IMG/VR virus record: IMGVR_UViG_3300033145_003233
Span: 248,001-312,000 of that record
Length of the DNA: 64,000 bases
Reading direction: 5' to 3' (one strand)
The notes below the pieces were generated by a model. It was given only the letters and a program-made list of their open reading frames with translations. It made no database searches and was not told the origin of the DNA. Positions 17,904 through 28,351 of this stretch are shown here, one piece after another. A program made the position numbers and the translations under genes. Positions within the stretch are counted from its first letter, which is position 1; each line of letters opens with the position of its first letter.

Positions 17904-18662
17904 CTACTTTCCAGACTTTCTTTTATTTTCAACATAGATATTAACTTTCTCTACTATTCTTAAGGCCTCATCATCTCTCATTTTAAAAGACAAAATATGA
18001 TCAGATGGTTTGTGACTTAAACTATCATGCCACCTATATTTTATTAATGGTTCATGAAAATTAACTAATATTTTATCACTTAGAACCATCCTAATAAAAA
18101 GATCTAAGTCATGAGCTATAATTAACTCTTCATCATATCCTCCCATTTCATAAAATGCTTCTCGATGATAAACACAGGCGGGATGAGTAGTATAACAACG
18201 ATACAATCTTAAGAGATGTCGTAACATTTCTTTTCTATCTTTTGCATATTGTATAATTTCACCATTACAAACACCATCCTTATCCATCTTGAAAGCAGGA
18301 GCACTAACTAAAGAATATTGGGGATTATCTTCCAGCATCTCCACTTGTTTCTCAAATCTATGAGGTAAACTAATATCATCACCATCTACAACTCCTATGT
18401 ATTTCCCTCTTGCAAGATTATTTCCTATATTACGAGAGACTGGACAATTCATATTTTTTTCATTACTAATTATCTGATATTCCCCATCAAAATTTTTCAT
18501 TGTTTCTTCGATAATTTTAAGAGTACAATCTGTAGAGCCATCATTCACAATAATAATTTCAAAATCCTTGAATGTTTGATTAAGAACTGATTCTAGAGCT
18601 TCTTTAATATATTGTTCAGAATTATAGACAGCTATAACCACACTTAGTATAGGATCTGTCAT
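17904..18662 (-). CDS. Glycosyltransferase family 2
   Basis: SVVIAVYN, VNDGSTD, DGDD, GGYDE motifs. Confidence 0.9.
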   Translation of the reverse strand: MTDPILSVVIAVYNSEQYIKEALESVLNQTFKDFEIIIVNDGSTDCTLKIIEETMKNFDGEYQIISNEKNMNCPVSRNIGNNLARGKYIGVVDGDDISLPHRFEKQVEMLEDNPQYSLVSAPAFKMDKDGVCNGEIIQYAKDRKEMLRHLLRLYRCYTTHPACVYHREAFYEMGGYDEELIIAHDLDLFIRMVLSDKILVNFHEPLIKYRWHDSLSHKPSDHILSFKMRDDEALRIVEKVNIYVENKRKSGK

Positions 18663-19507
18663 CTTATATGTTGCTCTAAATCAAACAGATATTTGTCATC
18701 TAACTCATTAACTATGATAGGAGAATGAGTAGTTGCTATAATCTGAATATTAGGGAATATTTCTTCTATCTTATTCAATAAATTCATATGCCTTTTAAAA
18801 TAAATATGCATTTCTATATTATCTATAAGCAAGATATCACTTTCATCGGCCCTCCTGAATAGGCTAACAAGCAATGTAGCTATCTTCTTCTCTCCCTCAG
18901 AAAAACTTTTATAATGAACCTGAGTATTCCCATGTTTCATAATAACGAAATCAGTATAAAGATAATAATTACTTTGCTCTTGAACTATAGACTGATGTGG
19001 TAAATAGCAATCAAAATTATAAACAGTCTTAGCTATATCAATGAATTCTGCTTCCCATTTTTGAGCTATTTGGAAACCATACATATTAATAGGATTATCA
19101 GAATCAATATAGGAAGACGCAGACAAAAGTTCTCGAGGCAGTTCATTTGTAGTTAGCCCCATCTTATCATCCCAATTATTTTCTACTATAACTTTCTTTT
19201 CCCCTTCTTCAGTGAGAAAAACCGCTTCCATAAAAAGATTAGTCTTTTTTTTATCGAAGGCCACATATGTAGGATTATAATTAGGATGATAAGTTAATCT
19301 ACGAAGAAAGAGTTTATTATCTAATCTTCCAATAAGCCTTCGAGGGGATGACAATAGATCTACGGCCCTTATAAGGTTGGATTTTCCAACCCCATTAGGA
19401 CCATAGAATATTGCCCATCTTTTTACTCCCTCTCCATCTGATAGATCTAACTCAAAATCCTTATACCCACAATAATTAGTAAGTTTAATACTTTTGAGTT
19501 TAATCAT
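18659..19507 (-). CDS. ABC/SMC-like ATPase (AAA_15/AAA_21)
   Basis: GPNGVGKS, FSEGEKK, LLIDNIE, TTHSP. Confidence 0.85.
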   Translation of the reverse strand: MIKLKSIKLTNYCGYKDFELDLSDGEGVKRWAIFYGPNGVGKSNLIRAVDLLSSPRRLIGRLDNKLFLRRLTYHPNYNPTYVAFDKKKTNLFMEAVFLTEEGEKKVIVENNWDDKMGLTTNELPRELLSASSYIDSDNPINMYGFQIAQKWEAEFIDIAKTVYNFDCYLPHQSIVQEQSNYYLYTDFVIMKHGNTQVHYKSFSEGEKKIATLLVSLFRRADESDILLIDNIEMHIYFKRHMNLLNKIEEIFPNIQIIATTHSPIIVNELDDKYLFDLEQHIR

Positions 19508-19525
19508 AAACTACCTAAATCCATA

Positions 19526-19936
19526 TTAAATAGAATCAAATTCTTCAGTCGATGCAGGTGTATCGTTACCAGCTATAGCGGGAACTCCCTCATTAGCCTT
19601 TTTGCTATCAACAAAATTGAAGTTCTCTACCACAACCCTAATACGACTTTGGTTCTTGCCACTCTCCTTGTCAGTCCATTTTTCTTGCTTGAGGCGACCA
19701 TCGAGGAAAATAGGTCTTCCCTTTGTGAAATGATCAGCAATAGTCTTAGCTGCTCCACCCCAGATTTCACAATCTATGAAGGAAACTTCACTTCCGGCTT
19801 CTCCTTGAGGACCAGTCCAAGTCCTGTTTACAGCAATGACAAAATTTGCCACCTTTTTTCCACCCTGAATTTCCTTGTATTCAGGATCTTGGGCAAAATT
19901 TCCCATCAAAATCACTTTGTTATAGTCTCTAGACAT
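19526..19936 (-). CDS. ssb: Single-stranded DNA-binding protein
   Basis: NKVILMGN..QDPE, FIDCEIWG, GRLKQEKW. Confidence 0.92.
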   Translation of the reverse strand: MSRDYNKVILMGNFAQDPEYKEIQGGKKVANFVIAVNRTWTGPQGEAGSEVSFIDCEIWGGAAKTIADHFTKGRPIFLDGRLKQEKWTDKESGKNQSRIRVVVENFNFVDSKKANEGVPAIAGNDTPASTEEFDSI

Positions 19937-20022
19937 ATTAACAACTCCTTACTAAAATTAAACTAAATTTCTAAAATACTCGATTAAATATACAGTAATC
20001 TCTTTCACTTTTAAAGTAAAAA

Positions 20023-20295
20023 ATGAAAAACTTTAAAACTCCATTTATTAGCAAAAAATCTTTTAAAAGAAGACACAGCAAATGCCAAATTTGCGAAGAA
20101 AAAGAATACAAGCTGTTGGACACTCATAGAATCATAGCCGGTGGAAAATATGAAGAAACTAATTGTGTGTGCATTTGCACTTCTTGTCATCGTAAACATC
20201 ATTCTAAACTAATAATTATAAAAAAATGGGTTCATTCTTCTGCCGGTAATTTACTATATTATATAGACGAAGACGGAAATGAACAATTTAGATAA
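20023..20295 (+). CDS. Small HNH endonuclease
   Basis: CQIC...DTHRII..GKY..TNCVCICTSCHRKHH. Confidence 0.75.
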   Translation: MKNFKTPFISKKSFKRRHSKCQICEEKEYKLLDTHRIIAGGKYEETNCVCICTSCHRKHHSKLIIIKKWVHSSAGNLLYYIDEDGNEQFR

Positions 20296-20536
20296 AAGGA
20301 TAATACCCCTCCTGATCGGCTTCAGATGCTAATAAACACAACTTCTCCACATATACTTTAATTTCTTCTAATGTGGGAATAAAATCAAAACCAACCGCTA
20401 GATTATAGCCCTTATAGTCATCAATCAAACACAAAATATCTCCCCCAGGAACAGATATGTAAGTTATATCATCTGGAGGGAAACCTATTGCCTGAGCAAC
20501 TAAACATCTAATTAATTCTAGTTCTCTATTCGTCAA
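20288..20536 (-). CDS. Hypothetical protein
   Basis: ORF track; shares a PPDDI segment with its upstream neighbour. Confidence 0.45.
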   Translation of the reverse strand: MTNRELELIRCLVAQAIGFPPDDITYISVPGGDILCLIDDYKGYNLAVGFDFIPTLEEIKVYVEKLCLLASEADQEGYYPFI

Positions 20537-20537
20537 T

Positions 20538-20858
20538 TTAGCTCATCTTATTTAATATATCTCTAACATATCTTTCTTCATATACGTCTACCCAATCAAA
20601 AAATGGACTTTCTCCCGTTAAAATCATATCAATAATTTTTTCTCCATATTGATTGTAAATAGCTTTTTTCTCTTCTCTCGTCAAAGGAACAATATCATAC
20701 AGCCCATCTTCTCTAGAACAAGCATCCCTCACAGTCCTCATAATACATTTTATAATGGCTATCATATTTATATCATCAGGAGGAACATCAAAATGCTTCG
20801 CTATTATAATCCTCCATGGTTCACAAAATCTAAATTGTCTTTTTTCTCTACTATTCAT
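20538..20858 (-). CDS. Hypothetical protein
   Basis: ORF track; coupled to thioredoxin. Confidence 0.5.
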   Translation of the reverse strand: MNSREKRQFRFCEPWRIIIAKHFDVPPDDINMIAIIKCIMRTVRDACSREDGLYDIVPLTREEKKAIYNQYGEKIIDMILTGESPFFDWVDVYEERYVRDILNKMS

Positions 20859-21192
20859 TGAAAACCTTTTCTATATCTTTCTTTATCTCTTTTTTAGAAC
20901 GTAAACCCATATGTTGATCTACTAATTCCCCATCCTTAAAAATTAAAATAGCCGGAACCCCGGCTATACCAAATTTAGAAACAGTGCTACTATTAACAGT
21001 CACATCTGCTTTGCAAATCTTAACTTTTCCATTATATTCATTATTTAATTCTTTGATAGTATTAGCGATAGTTCTACAAGGACCACACCAATCGGCATAA
21101 AAATCAACTAGCACTGGTTCAACACTCTCTATCACTTCTTTCTGAAAATTGTCATTTGTTATCTCTTGTATATCTTGTATTTCTTCCGCCAT
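20851..21192 (-). CDS. trxA: Thioredoxin
   Basis: VDFYADWCGPC. Confidence 0.95.
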   Translation of the reverse strand: MAEEIQDIQEITNDNFQKEVIESVEPVLVDFYADWCGPCRTIANTIKELNNEYNGKVKICKADVTVNSSTVSKFGIAGVPAILIFKDGELVDQHMGLRSKKEIKKDIEKVFNE

Positions 21193-21222
21193 TATCTTTC
21201 CCCCTATTTAAGATTCGAGTTA

Positions 21223-21552
21223 TTATATTGTTATATTTTTTTTCCTACATTCATCACAAAGTTTCTCCCTCAAATCATCTAGAAAAAGAGACCTTCCTCT
21301 AACCTCACATATTGCCTGATAACTCTGTCCTTGAGCAAATCCCTCATTATATGCTTCTTTATTATTATCAACAAATGCTTCCGTTGCCTTTTCATAGTGC
21401 ATTTCAATCTCTTCTTTCTCAGCTTGCAATTTTTCAACTAAATTCTTAGCGTAACGTGTTAAATCAGTTTTACAACAAGAAGACGACATCAATTTTTCAT
21501 GCAATTCTTCATCAGTAGGTACTGCACCTGTTGTTTTATCATTTTCTCCCAT
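21223..21552 (-). CDS. Hypothetical protein
   Basis: ORF track. Confidence 0.5.
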   Translation of the reverse strand: MGENDKTTGAVPTDEELHEKLMSSSCCKTDLTRYAKNLVEKLQAEKEEIEMHYEKATEAFVDNNKEAYNEGFAQGQSYQAICEVRGRSLFLDDLREKLCDECRKKNITI

Positions 21553-21648
21553 CTCGTTTCTCCCATCTTTATGTACATACCTTTATGGCAGACAGTGTGT
21601 ACATTGTTAAAAATAATTGAGTTCTCCCCCCATTATTTTCTTCCCCCT

Positions 21649-21855
21649 TTATTGCCCTGGAGGTTTTATCCCAAGAAGGCTCATAACCAAGCCAAAGGCA
21701 AATGGAACCCATAAAGGCGCCCATACTCCCCACCAACTCCATGTTATAATAGCAAGCAGCTTTAATGTAATAAACATAAAAACTAATGCCAAAATAAAAA
21801 CAATAAAAATGATTCCCATTGTTTTTTGAAAATCTGGATCAAACGGATCGTACAT
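21649..21855 (-). CDS. Small membrane protein
   Basis: Two hydrophobic segments; LKLLAIITWSWWGVWAPLW. Confidence 0.6.
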   Translation of the reverse strand: MYDPFDPDFQKTMGIIFIVFILALVFMFITLKLLAIITWSWWGVWAPLWVPFAFGLVMSLLGIKPPGQ

Positions 21856-21878
21856 GATTTTCTCCCTTTCTTTCTCTT

Positions 21879-22298
21879 TTATAAATCCATAAGCTCAAAT
21901 CTATCATCACCTGTATAATTATCCTCTTCTTCCTCTTTTTTCTTCTCTTTCTTAGCATCTTCACTTCTAGCAGCAACCTCATGATAAAGGTCATCGAGAG
22001 CATCAGTTGCTGGGGGTTGAGGAGCAAAACCTTCAGCTTGAAAAGCTTGCTCCTCTTCGGTAGGTTCTGTGTCCCCAGCATCGGTCGCTGCTAAATCAGC
22101 TTCGTGTTGTGCTTGTTGCTGCCTTTGTCTTACTCTTATCTCTTCCATCGTTTTGCCCATATGGTCTAATCTTCTCAGTTCCTCAAGAGCCTCTGCTTTT
22201 CTCTTAGTACTTCTCCCTTTTAACCATCCAGCTATCATCCCAACAGCAGCCGCTCCTGCGACATAAACAACCGGAACTAATGGTAATACCGCTAACAT
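21879..22298 (-). CDS. Membrane-anchored hypothetical protein with C-terminal RFELMDL
   Basis: N-terminal TM segment, acidic tail. Confidence 0.55.
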   Translation of the reverse strand: MLAVLPLVPVVYVAGAAAVGMIAGWLKGRSTKRKAEALEELRRLDHMGKTMEEIRVRQRQQQAQHEADLAATDAGDTEPTEEEQAFQAEGFAPQPPATDALDDLYHEVAARSEDAKKEKKKEEEEDNYTGDDRFELMDL

Positions 22299-22303
22299 TT
22301 TAC

Positions 22304-22630
22304 TTACTCCTTCAAATCCAATATGTCAAATCTACTAGATATTCTATCACTTTTCAACTTATTTCTTTCACTTTCTCCGAAATGACCATCCAAACATTCG
22401 AATTCGATGTTAGGATACGCTTTAACTATATCCCTTACCGCTTGGCGTGCCCAACTCTTACCCCACCACCCATATAATAATACTATCGTATCTTTTTCCA
22501 TAACTTCATTAAATTTGTCCAAAGTGCGAGCATGCGTAGCTTCTTTGCCTGTAGAATATTTATTTTTTCGCAGGTATGTCCAATAAGAATCAGATTTTCC
22601 GCTAATTACGTATCTCATTAATATATTCAA
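22304..22630 (-). CDS. Hypothetical protein with C-terminal RFDILDL
   Basis: ORF track. Confidence 0.5.
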   Translation of the reverse strand: MNILMRYVISGKSDSYWTYLRKNKYSTGKEATHARTLDKFNEVMEKDTIVLLYGWWGKSWARQAVRDIVKAYPNIEFECLDGHFGESERNKLKSDRISSRFDILDLKE

Positions 22631-23216
22631 ACAAATCGTTAAAAGTCTCTTCTAAATCAACATCTCCATCAAGTAGATGAAAAGGAGAAGGCCATTGAAA
22701 TACATGACCACCAAATTTTCTGAATCTCTTAATCTTTCCTTTATCATCATCTACAAGAAGTGCCCTGGGAGAAGCACAAAGATATTTGTTCCTTCCAATA
22801 AGAAAGTCCTTAAAATCATCTCCAAAATGTTTTCTTAACCATTGCACTTTTCCTGCTGCACAATCAGGGTCATTAGAAGGAGAACTCAAGAAGGAAAAAT
22901 AATCTGATCTCTTCTTTAGCTCTTCGTATAGTCTTTTACCCCAAGGCAATAACTCCATATCAGCCCACCACTTACTTCCTTCTTTCTTTATTATAGGCCA
23001 CATCTTCTCATCCCCGCCGACATAAGTTTCCATCCTTTTACCATTCTTAATTTCTTCCCTTATTTTTTCATCCTCTATATCTATACCGAGTGTCTTACCA
23101 GCAGATTTCTCCCAGAATGAGCAAACGCCATCAATATCTAAAAATATTATCAAACCACTTTTCTTTTTACTTTTTGCCATAATTATTTTATTCGGATCTT
23201 GCACTTTCATTAACAC
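22602..23216 (-). CDS. 5'(3')-deoxyribonucleotidase (HAD)
   Basis: FLDIDGV, LSSP, GKVQWL, LLVDD. Confidence 0.8.
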   Translation of the reverse strand: MLMKVQDPNKIIMAKSKKKSGLIIFLDIDGVCSFWEKSAGKTLGIDIEDEKIREEIKNGKRMETYVGGDEKMWPIIKKEGSKWWADMELLPWGKRLYEELKKRSDYFSFLSSPSNDPDCAAGKVQWLRKHFGDDFKDFLIGRNKYLCASPRALLVDDDKGKIKRFRKFGGHVFQWPSPFHLLDGDVDLEETFNDLFEYINEIRN

Positions 23217-23221
23217 GCCCT

Positions 23222-23791
23222 TTACAACTTTCTAATATCTTTGCCATCTATTTCATTACCGATATAATCCCATACCGGAGAGGGATCGGCAAAGATATCT
23301 ACTGTTTCTGTAGGTCTAGCAAAAATCTCCACGCGAGGAGAGTAGCTGACCTTCTCTATCATTTTTCTCATTGCTTCTGGTTTCTCGCTATGTTTGCCTC
23401 TAGGCCAAGAAAAACCAGTTTTCCCCTGTTGTCTTTTTCCATCTATCACCTTGTAAGGTAATCTACCTTTTACTCCAAACAAGCAATCTTCTGTTACACC
23501 CCTAAAATACTGACCTAATCCTATTTTCCCTTCTTTAAACCATGTGATTTTAGTAATATATCTAAAACCCCATGCTTCCATAACATCCCCGCCATCAAAG
23601 AAAAAATTATTAGTTACCCATAGATATAAATGACAATTATCCTCTGAAATGCTTTTTATAAAATCACCCATAGCTATAATGTCTGATGTTTTCATTAGAG
23701 GATAATGTTTATCTGCTCCTCTCTTGATTTTACCTCCGCCACGTTCATTCCAGGGCGGGTCCGCATAAATAGTTTTATATTTCTTTATCAT
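23222..23791 (-). CDS. MT-A70 family adenine methyltransferase
   Basis: IYADPPW, HYPLM, LYLWVTN, HSEKP, EIFAR. Confidence 0.9.
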   Translation of the reverse strand: MIKKYKTIYADPPWNERGGGKIKRGADKHYPLMKTSDIIAMGDFIKSISEDNCHLYLWVTNNFFFDGGDVMEAWGFRYITKITWFKEGKIGLGQYFRGVTEDCLFGVKGRLPYKVIDGKRQQGKTGFSWPRGKHSEKPEAMRKMIEKVSYSPRVEIFARPTETVDIFADPSPVWDYIGNEIDGKDIRKL

Positions 23792-24048
23792 TATTTAACC
23801 ATCACTTTCTTTACTCTTAAGCTTTCTATAAAATGCTCCATACCATTAGGAACATTATATTTACCCTCTCTTGGATTATTCCCAAAAATTACTTTAAAAT
23901 AATTCACAGGCATAGAAATAATAGCTCTTAATCTCTTTGTTCCACCATATAAAATAGTACAATTCCATAAACTACAAAATTCTGCCAATGTAGTCATAGA
24001 TATTTTATAAGGGAAAATAAGATCTAATTCTATAAGAACTCTTATCAT
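23791..24048 (-). CDS. Hypothetical protein
   Basis: ORF track; translationally coupled. Confidence 0.5.
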   Translation of the reverse strand: MIRVLIELDLIFPYKISMTTLAEFCSLWNCTILYGGTKRLRAIISMPVNYFKVIFGNNPREGKYNVPNGMEHFIESLRVKKVMVK

Positions 24049-25055
24049 TTTATTTTTTCAGTTAAAAAATCTATAATTTCCACATCATCTAATATATTTA
24101 TTTCTGACTCCCATATATATATTATATGATATCCATATTTTTCAGCATTTAATCTTTTTTTATCATCTCTTTTCCATATTTCTGATGCCAACTTATATCC
24201 ACCTGGATAATTTATTGCATCTTCCTTTTTATATAATAGAGGATTAGCATGCCAATAATCTCCATTAACCTCAATAATTATTTTTGATTTATTTATTTTA
24301 AAATCATAACTTTTTCTATTAATCCAAAACTGCCATACATAAGAAATATTCAACCACATCAAAGCTTTAGACACTCTAGTTTCTAATTTACTTTTAAAAA
24401 AATAAGATAAATTCTTACATCTTTTTTGTATTATCTCATTTTTTTGCTCATCTGTTAATGCTTTCCAATATCTTTTATAACCATCATTCATTGCTTTCAC
24501 GCGTTGCAGTTTTTCTTCTTTTGTTTTTCCATCCCAATATTTTTGTGTATTACCATATCTATTTGGTAAAGATTTTTTACCATATTTTGTCTTCATATAA
24601 TTATGTAACCACTGATAATATTCTTTGCTTTTCCAAATATTATCTACTCCATAATTCTTTATAAATGTTTCTTTCTTTTTGTCTTTTATGCTTTTTACTT
24701 TCGATACATTATCAACTCCATACTTTTTAATACATGTTTTTTTATATTTTTTTGCCCTACTATCTAAAGCATTAGATGTCCCTATGTCTCTTTTCTTAAT
24801 TTTAAAATAATCTAATAAAAATATAGTTTGATTATAGTTTAATTCATATTCTTTTTTAAAATCTGGAAGACTATATTTCTTAACGAGATATAGGTCTTCC
24901 ATCTCAGATTTAGTGAAATTATATTTCGTAATAAAACATATTTGTTTAAATTTTATTTCTTTTCTATCTAAATTTAACTCATTTTTATTTGCACAAAAAT
25001 AAATATGCCTACCATTTTGAGGTTTTATTTTTTGTTGACATACAAAACATTCCAT
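24045..25055 (-). mobile_element. Putative homing endonuclease (DUF559/Vsr-like catalytic domain, KYGVDN repeats)
   Basis: SKLE...YDF...IIEVNGDYWH...RD..K; TCIKKYGVDN and TFIKNYGVDN repeats; very low GC. Confidence 0.75.
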
Positions 25056-25090
25056 TTTATTTCCCTTAATAATATAACTTACTATATACT

Positions 25091-25115
25091 ATTAAGTAAA
25101 AAAATAGATATTCCT
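25091..25115 (-). promoter_or_regulatory. Class 2 (sigmaH-like) promoter
   Basis: AGGA-N17-TAAT upstream of the DUF559 endonuclease. Confidence 0.5.
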
Positions 25116-25139
25116 CTAATTTTTTAGTAATATTTTAAT

Positions 25140-25424
25140 TTATTCTTTATCTCTTAAAAACCTAATTATTCTTTCTCCTTCCGTTTTTTGGTCCTCCATC
25201 CATTGCCAGAATTCATCCCAAAAATCGATATAACAAATCATGCAAATACCCTTCACTCCATCTATTTTATGTTCTAATCTGAGAAAAAGAGAAAAATTAT
25301 TATCCATATTTTTCATGAACTCTCTATTAAAACCAGGAATGTCTTCTAGCAATTCTCGGGCCTGTTGGCCAGCTATCTTTAATTCACTATCATCATACTT
25401 CCTTTTACATTTTTTACATTTCAT
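25140..25424 (-). CDS. Hypothetical zinc-finger protein
   Basis: CKKC...CMIC. Confidence 0.5.
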   Translation of the reverse strand: MKCKKCKRKYDDSELKIAGQQARELLEDIPGFNREFMKNMDNNFSLFLRLEHKIDGVKGICMICYIDFWDEFWQWMEDQKTEGERIIRFLRDKE

Positions 25425-25438
25425 TTTACCACCTTTTC

Positions 25439-25705
25439 CTAAATTATCTCCTTGTGAGCAACATTTAACTGTCCTATGAAATCTCCTATATCATCTAAAC
25501 ACCCCTTATTAAAAACAACAACATCTGCCATCACTATCTTTAATATAGGGGAAAAAACATATTGTCTCCAAGGAGCATACCACTGAACTCTTCCAAGTTC
25601 ATCTCCATTACTATTGCTTTTACAAGAATATACCTTTGTTTTAGGTTTTTTCTCTATTTCTACAAAATTAATATACTCATTTTTCATCTTCAAATCTTTC
25701 AGCAT
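25439..25705 (-). CDS. Hypothetical phage protein
   Basis: LGRVQWYAPWRQYVFSP...FNKGCL..I. Confidence 0.55.
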   Translation of the reverse strand: MLKDLKMKNEYINFVEIEKKPKTKVYSCKSNSNGDELGRVQWYAPWRQYVFSPILKIVMADVVVFNKGCLDDIGDFIGQLNVAHKEII

Positions 25706-25707
25706 AA

Positions 25708-26148
25708 CTACTCTGGTATCTCACTTACCCATCCCTTCCTATATATAGAGGAAATTTTCGCACTGTCTGGAAATTTATTTTTTTTTTCTTCACAGATTTC
25801 GTTCCATGCTTCTTCACTAGGGCAGTCAAGCTCACCTCCATAACTCAATGGAGAAAGTTCTCTCCACATTTCAAGACTGAATATATGACAATCATAACAT
25901 GTAAAATCTCCGCTTACCCACATTGAAGGTTTCTTTTCTTCACAAAGCTGACAAATTCCCTTTATTGTTGCTTCTCTTCTTGCTTGCTGATATCTTTTTT
26001 CTTCATCTTTTTTTCTCGCTGTTTTTCTTCTTATATATTCTTCTGCTGTTTCAAAGATAAGAAGCTCAAATCTATTTTCTATTTCAAAGCCGTCCACTGT
26101 AATAATCATCCCATCTTTCTTGCCAATGTTCATTATATTGAGAATCAC
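25708..26148 (-). CDS. Zn-finger protein with RFELLIFETAEE module
   Basis: CQLC...CYDC; N-terminal module shared with its neighbour. Confidence 0.55.
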   Translation of the reverse strand: MILNIMNIGKKDGMIITVDGFEIENRFELLIFETAEEYIRRKTARKKDEEKRYQQARREATIKGICQLCEEKKPSMWVSGDFTCYDCHIFSLEMWRELSPLSYGGELDCPSEEAWNEICEEKKNKFPDSAKISSIYRKGWVSEIPE

Positions 26149-26440
26149 AAGTAGGGCATAGAAAATAAGATCTATTAGGATCTTCTAATGGCTCTTTATC
26201 TACGTCCCATGTATACATAGTCCTAGATGAAACCCATGATAGATTTTCTCTACCATGACACTCATAAAAATATCCTTCACAACAACCACTATTTTCTATC
26301 TCTTGTAGTTTTCTATTTCTTTCTGATTGTTCCCTATTTCTTCTATCTTTTTCCTCCTCAGCAGTTTCAAAAAGTAACAACTCAAACCTACTGTTTATAG
26401 GAAGCAAATAATAAGGATCTTCTTCCCACCAAAAATTCAT
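26084..26440 (-). CDS. Zn-finger protein with RFELLLFETAEE module
   Basis: CCEG...C...LCPTC. Confidence 0.55.
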   Translation of the reverse strand: MNFWWEEDPYYLLPINSRFELLLFETAEEEKDRRNREQSERNRKLQEIENSGCCEGYFYECHGRENLSWVSSRTMYTWDVDKEPLEDPNRSYFLCPTCDSQYNEHWQERWDDYYSGRL

Positions 26441-26444
26441 TATA

Positions 26445-27311
26445 TTATCCCAACCCCAATATTTCAGCTTTTTCTTTCCATTCTCTATTCTCTAATTTCC
26501 CCACTTTTTCAATTGTCTTTAAAGGCCCACCAGGAAAAAGAATTCTCCTTAATGCCAATACCTCATATCTTGTAAGCAACATACCTCCTCGATAAGGGCT
26601 ATAATCTTCCCACGCATCAGTAGCCCAAGGAACAATAGGCTTAATTAAATCTAAGATCGCATCAGCATATACTTGCACTTCTTGTTGAGCATGACTATCA
26701 CATCTCAAATCTAAAAAGTGAAGTAAATTTTTAAGGTCTATCTTCCAGTACCACTCTGTATAAATGTTTAGGGGAAGAGTCATCCTGGCCTGTTCTCTAA
26801 CTAAGTCCCTTTCAAGAAAATCTTTATACAACTCATAAGCACCCAGGGAGGTTCCATCCAACATATCGATAATATTATCTGCTTCCTTCCCTTCAATTCT
26901 GCCCTCAGACCCTTGCTTATTGATAGCAGATTGTTTCCTGATGTTATCTGTTGCTGGAATATAAAATTCATCTGGCATTTCAGAGTACCTACCGCTTAAC
27001 TCATTTATAGAAGCAGTTCTATGACGCACAATCTGCCTTGCCACGAAGATAGGTAATTTCATGTGAAATTTGAATGTCACCATTTCAAAAGGAGAAGTAT
27101 GATTATGTCTTAATAGATATCTAATAAGAATTTTATCATCAGTGATGGTCTTAGTTCCTCTCTGATAACTACATCTAGCAGCCTCTGCTATAGCATGATC
27201 AGCAGTATCTTCCCCATCACGTATCTGCCTTGGCATACAGTCCACTAGCTTAACATAACCCTTATCAAGACACCTAATATCTGTTACCCTACCACTCATA
27301 ATATCCAGCAT
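26445..27311 (-). CDS. thyX: Flavin-dependent thymidylate synthase
   Basis: HTSPFE, RHRTASINELSGRY, HAQQEV. Confidence 0.95.
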   Translation of the reverse strand: MLDIMSGRVTDIRCLDKGYVKLVDCMPRQIRDGEDTADHAIAEAARCSYQRGTKTITDDKILIRYLLRHNHTSPFEMVTFKFHMKLPIFVARQIVRHRTASINELSGRYSEMPDEFYIPATDNIRKQSAINKQGSEGRIEGKEADNIIDMLDGTSLGAYELYKDFLERDLVREQARMTLPLNIYTEWYWKIDLKNLLHFLDLRCDSHAQQEVQVYADAILDLIKPIVPWATDAWEDYSPYRGGMLLTRYEVLALRRILFPGGPLKTIEKVGKLENREWKEKAEILGLG

Positions 27312-27384
27312 AACTTATCTCCATTTTAATTAACTATATATTCTCTACATTCTACCGTATTTATTTTCACTTTCACATAAAAAA

Positions 27385-27409
27385 AGGTTTTAAGCTATAA
27401 ATATTGAAG
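27385..27409 (+). promoter_or_regulatory. Class 2 (sigmaH-like) promoter for the response regulators, back-to-back with the class 1 thyX promoter (27349-27376, minus)
   Basis: AGGT-N17-GAAG on plus strand; GTGAAA-GTGAAA...TAGAAT on minus strand. Confidence 0.5.
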
Positions 27410-27449
27410 TTATATTTATCATCCCATGGATTATATAAGGATATAACTA

Positions 27450-27923
27450 ATGAATATAAAGAGATTTACGGTACTTTCTATAGAAGATAATAAACCCGAT
27501 TTTGTTCTTTTAGAAAAAGCTTTGAACAAGATTGAGGGTCTTTCTCTTGATATTATTAATATCCCCAGCGGAGAAAAATCACTAGATTTTATATACAAAA
27601 AAGGGGAATACACAGAAGCCACTACTCCTGATTTAATTATTTTAGATATTAATTTACCCCTTTTAGATGGTCAAGAAATATTAAAAATCTTAAAAGAAGA
27701 TAAAAAGTATAGAATAATACCTGTCATCATGTTTAGCACTTCTGACAACGAAAAAGATATAAAAAAATCCTATGGCCTATATGCCAATTCTTACATAACT
27801 AAAACATTTGATATTAATGAATTATTCAGAAAAATAGCCGACATGGGAGAATACTGGTTAAAAACCAGTGAAATCCCAAATCTGAATAATATTTGTATTG
27901 TACAAAAAAACAATAAAAATTAA
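27450..27923 (+). CDS. Single-domain response regulator (Rcp1-like)
   Basis: IEDN, PDLIILDINLP, IPVIMFSTS, ANSYITK. Confidence 0.92.
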   Translation: MNIKRFTVLSIEDNKPDFVLLEKALNKIEGLSLDIINIPSGEKSLDFIYKKGEYTEATTPDLIILDINLPLLDGQEILKILKEDKKYRIIPVIMFSTSDNEKDIKKSYGLYANSYITKTFDINELFRKIADMGEYWLKTSEIPNLNNICIVQKNNKN

Positions 27924-27933
27924 GGAGAAAAAA

Positions 27934-28350
27934 ATGAAGATATTAGTAATAGATGATAGCAGAGAAGATAGGGATCTCATAATCACTCATATAAAAAAAT
28001 CTCAAAGAAGAGAAAAAATCACCACTGACGAAAGCAACTGCTTAGAAGATGCTCTTAAAAAAATTAAATTAAATAATTATGACGTTATTATTTTAGATTT
28101 GATTCTCCCAGAAAGCGATGGCATAGAAACTGTTAAAAATATTGTAAGACATCTTAAAGAAACAAATAAAAATATACCCATAGTTATCCTAACAGGAGTG
28201 GAAGACTACAAGGTAGGAAGAGAAGCAAGACTTTTAGGAATAAAAGATTATCTTATCAAAGACGAAATTCAAGAAAAAGATCTAACAAGAGCATTGAGTT
28301 TTGCTATTCGAGGAAATCATACCAAAAAAAGATTTCTATCATCTGCATAA
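27934..28350 (+). CDS. Single-domain response regulator
   Basis: ILVIDDS, DVIILDLILPESDG, IVILTG, DYLIK; SD AAGGAG. Confidence 0.9.
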   Translation: MKILVIDDSREDRDLIITHIKKSQRREKITTDESNCLEDALKKIKLNNYDVIILDLILPESDGIETVKNIVRHLKETNKNIPIVILTGVEDYKVGREARLLGIKDYLIKDEIQEKDLTRALSFAIRGNHTKKRFLSSA

Positions 28351-28351
28351 A

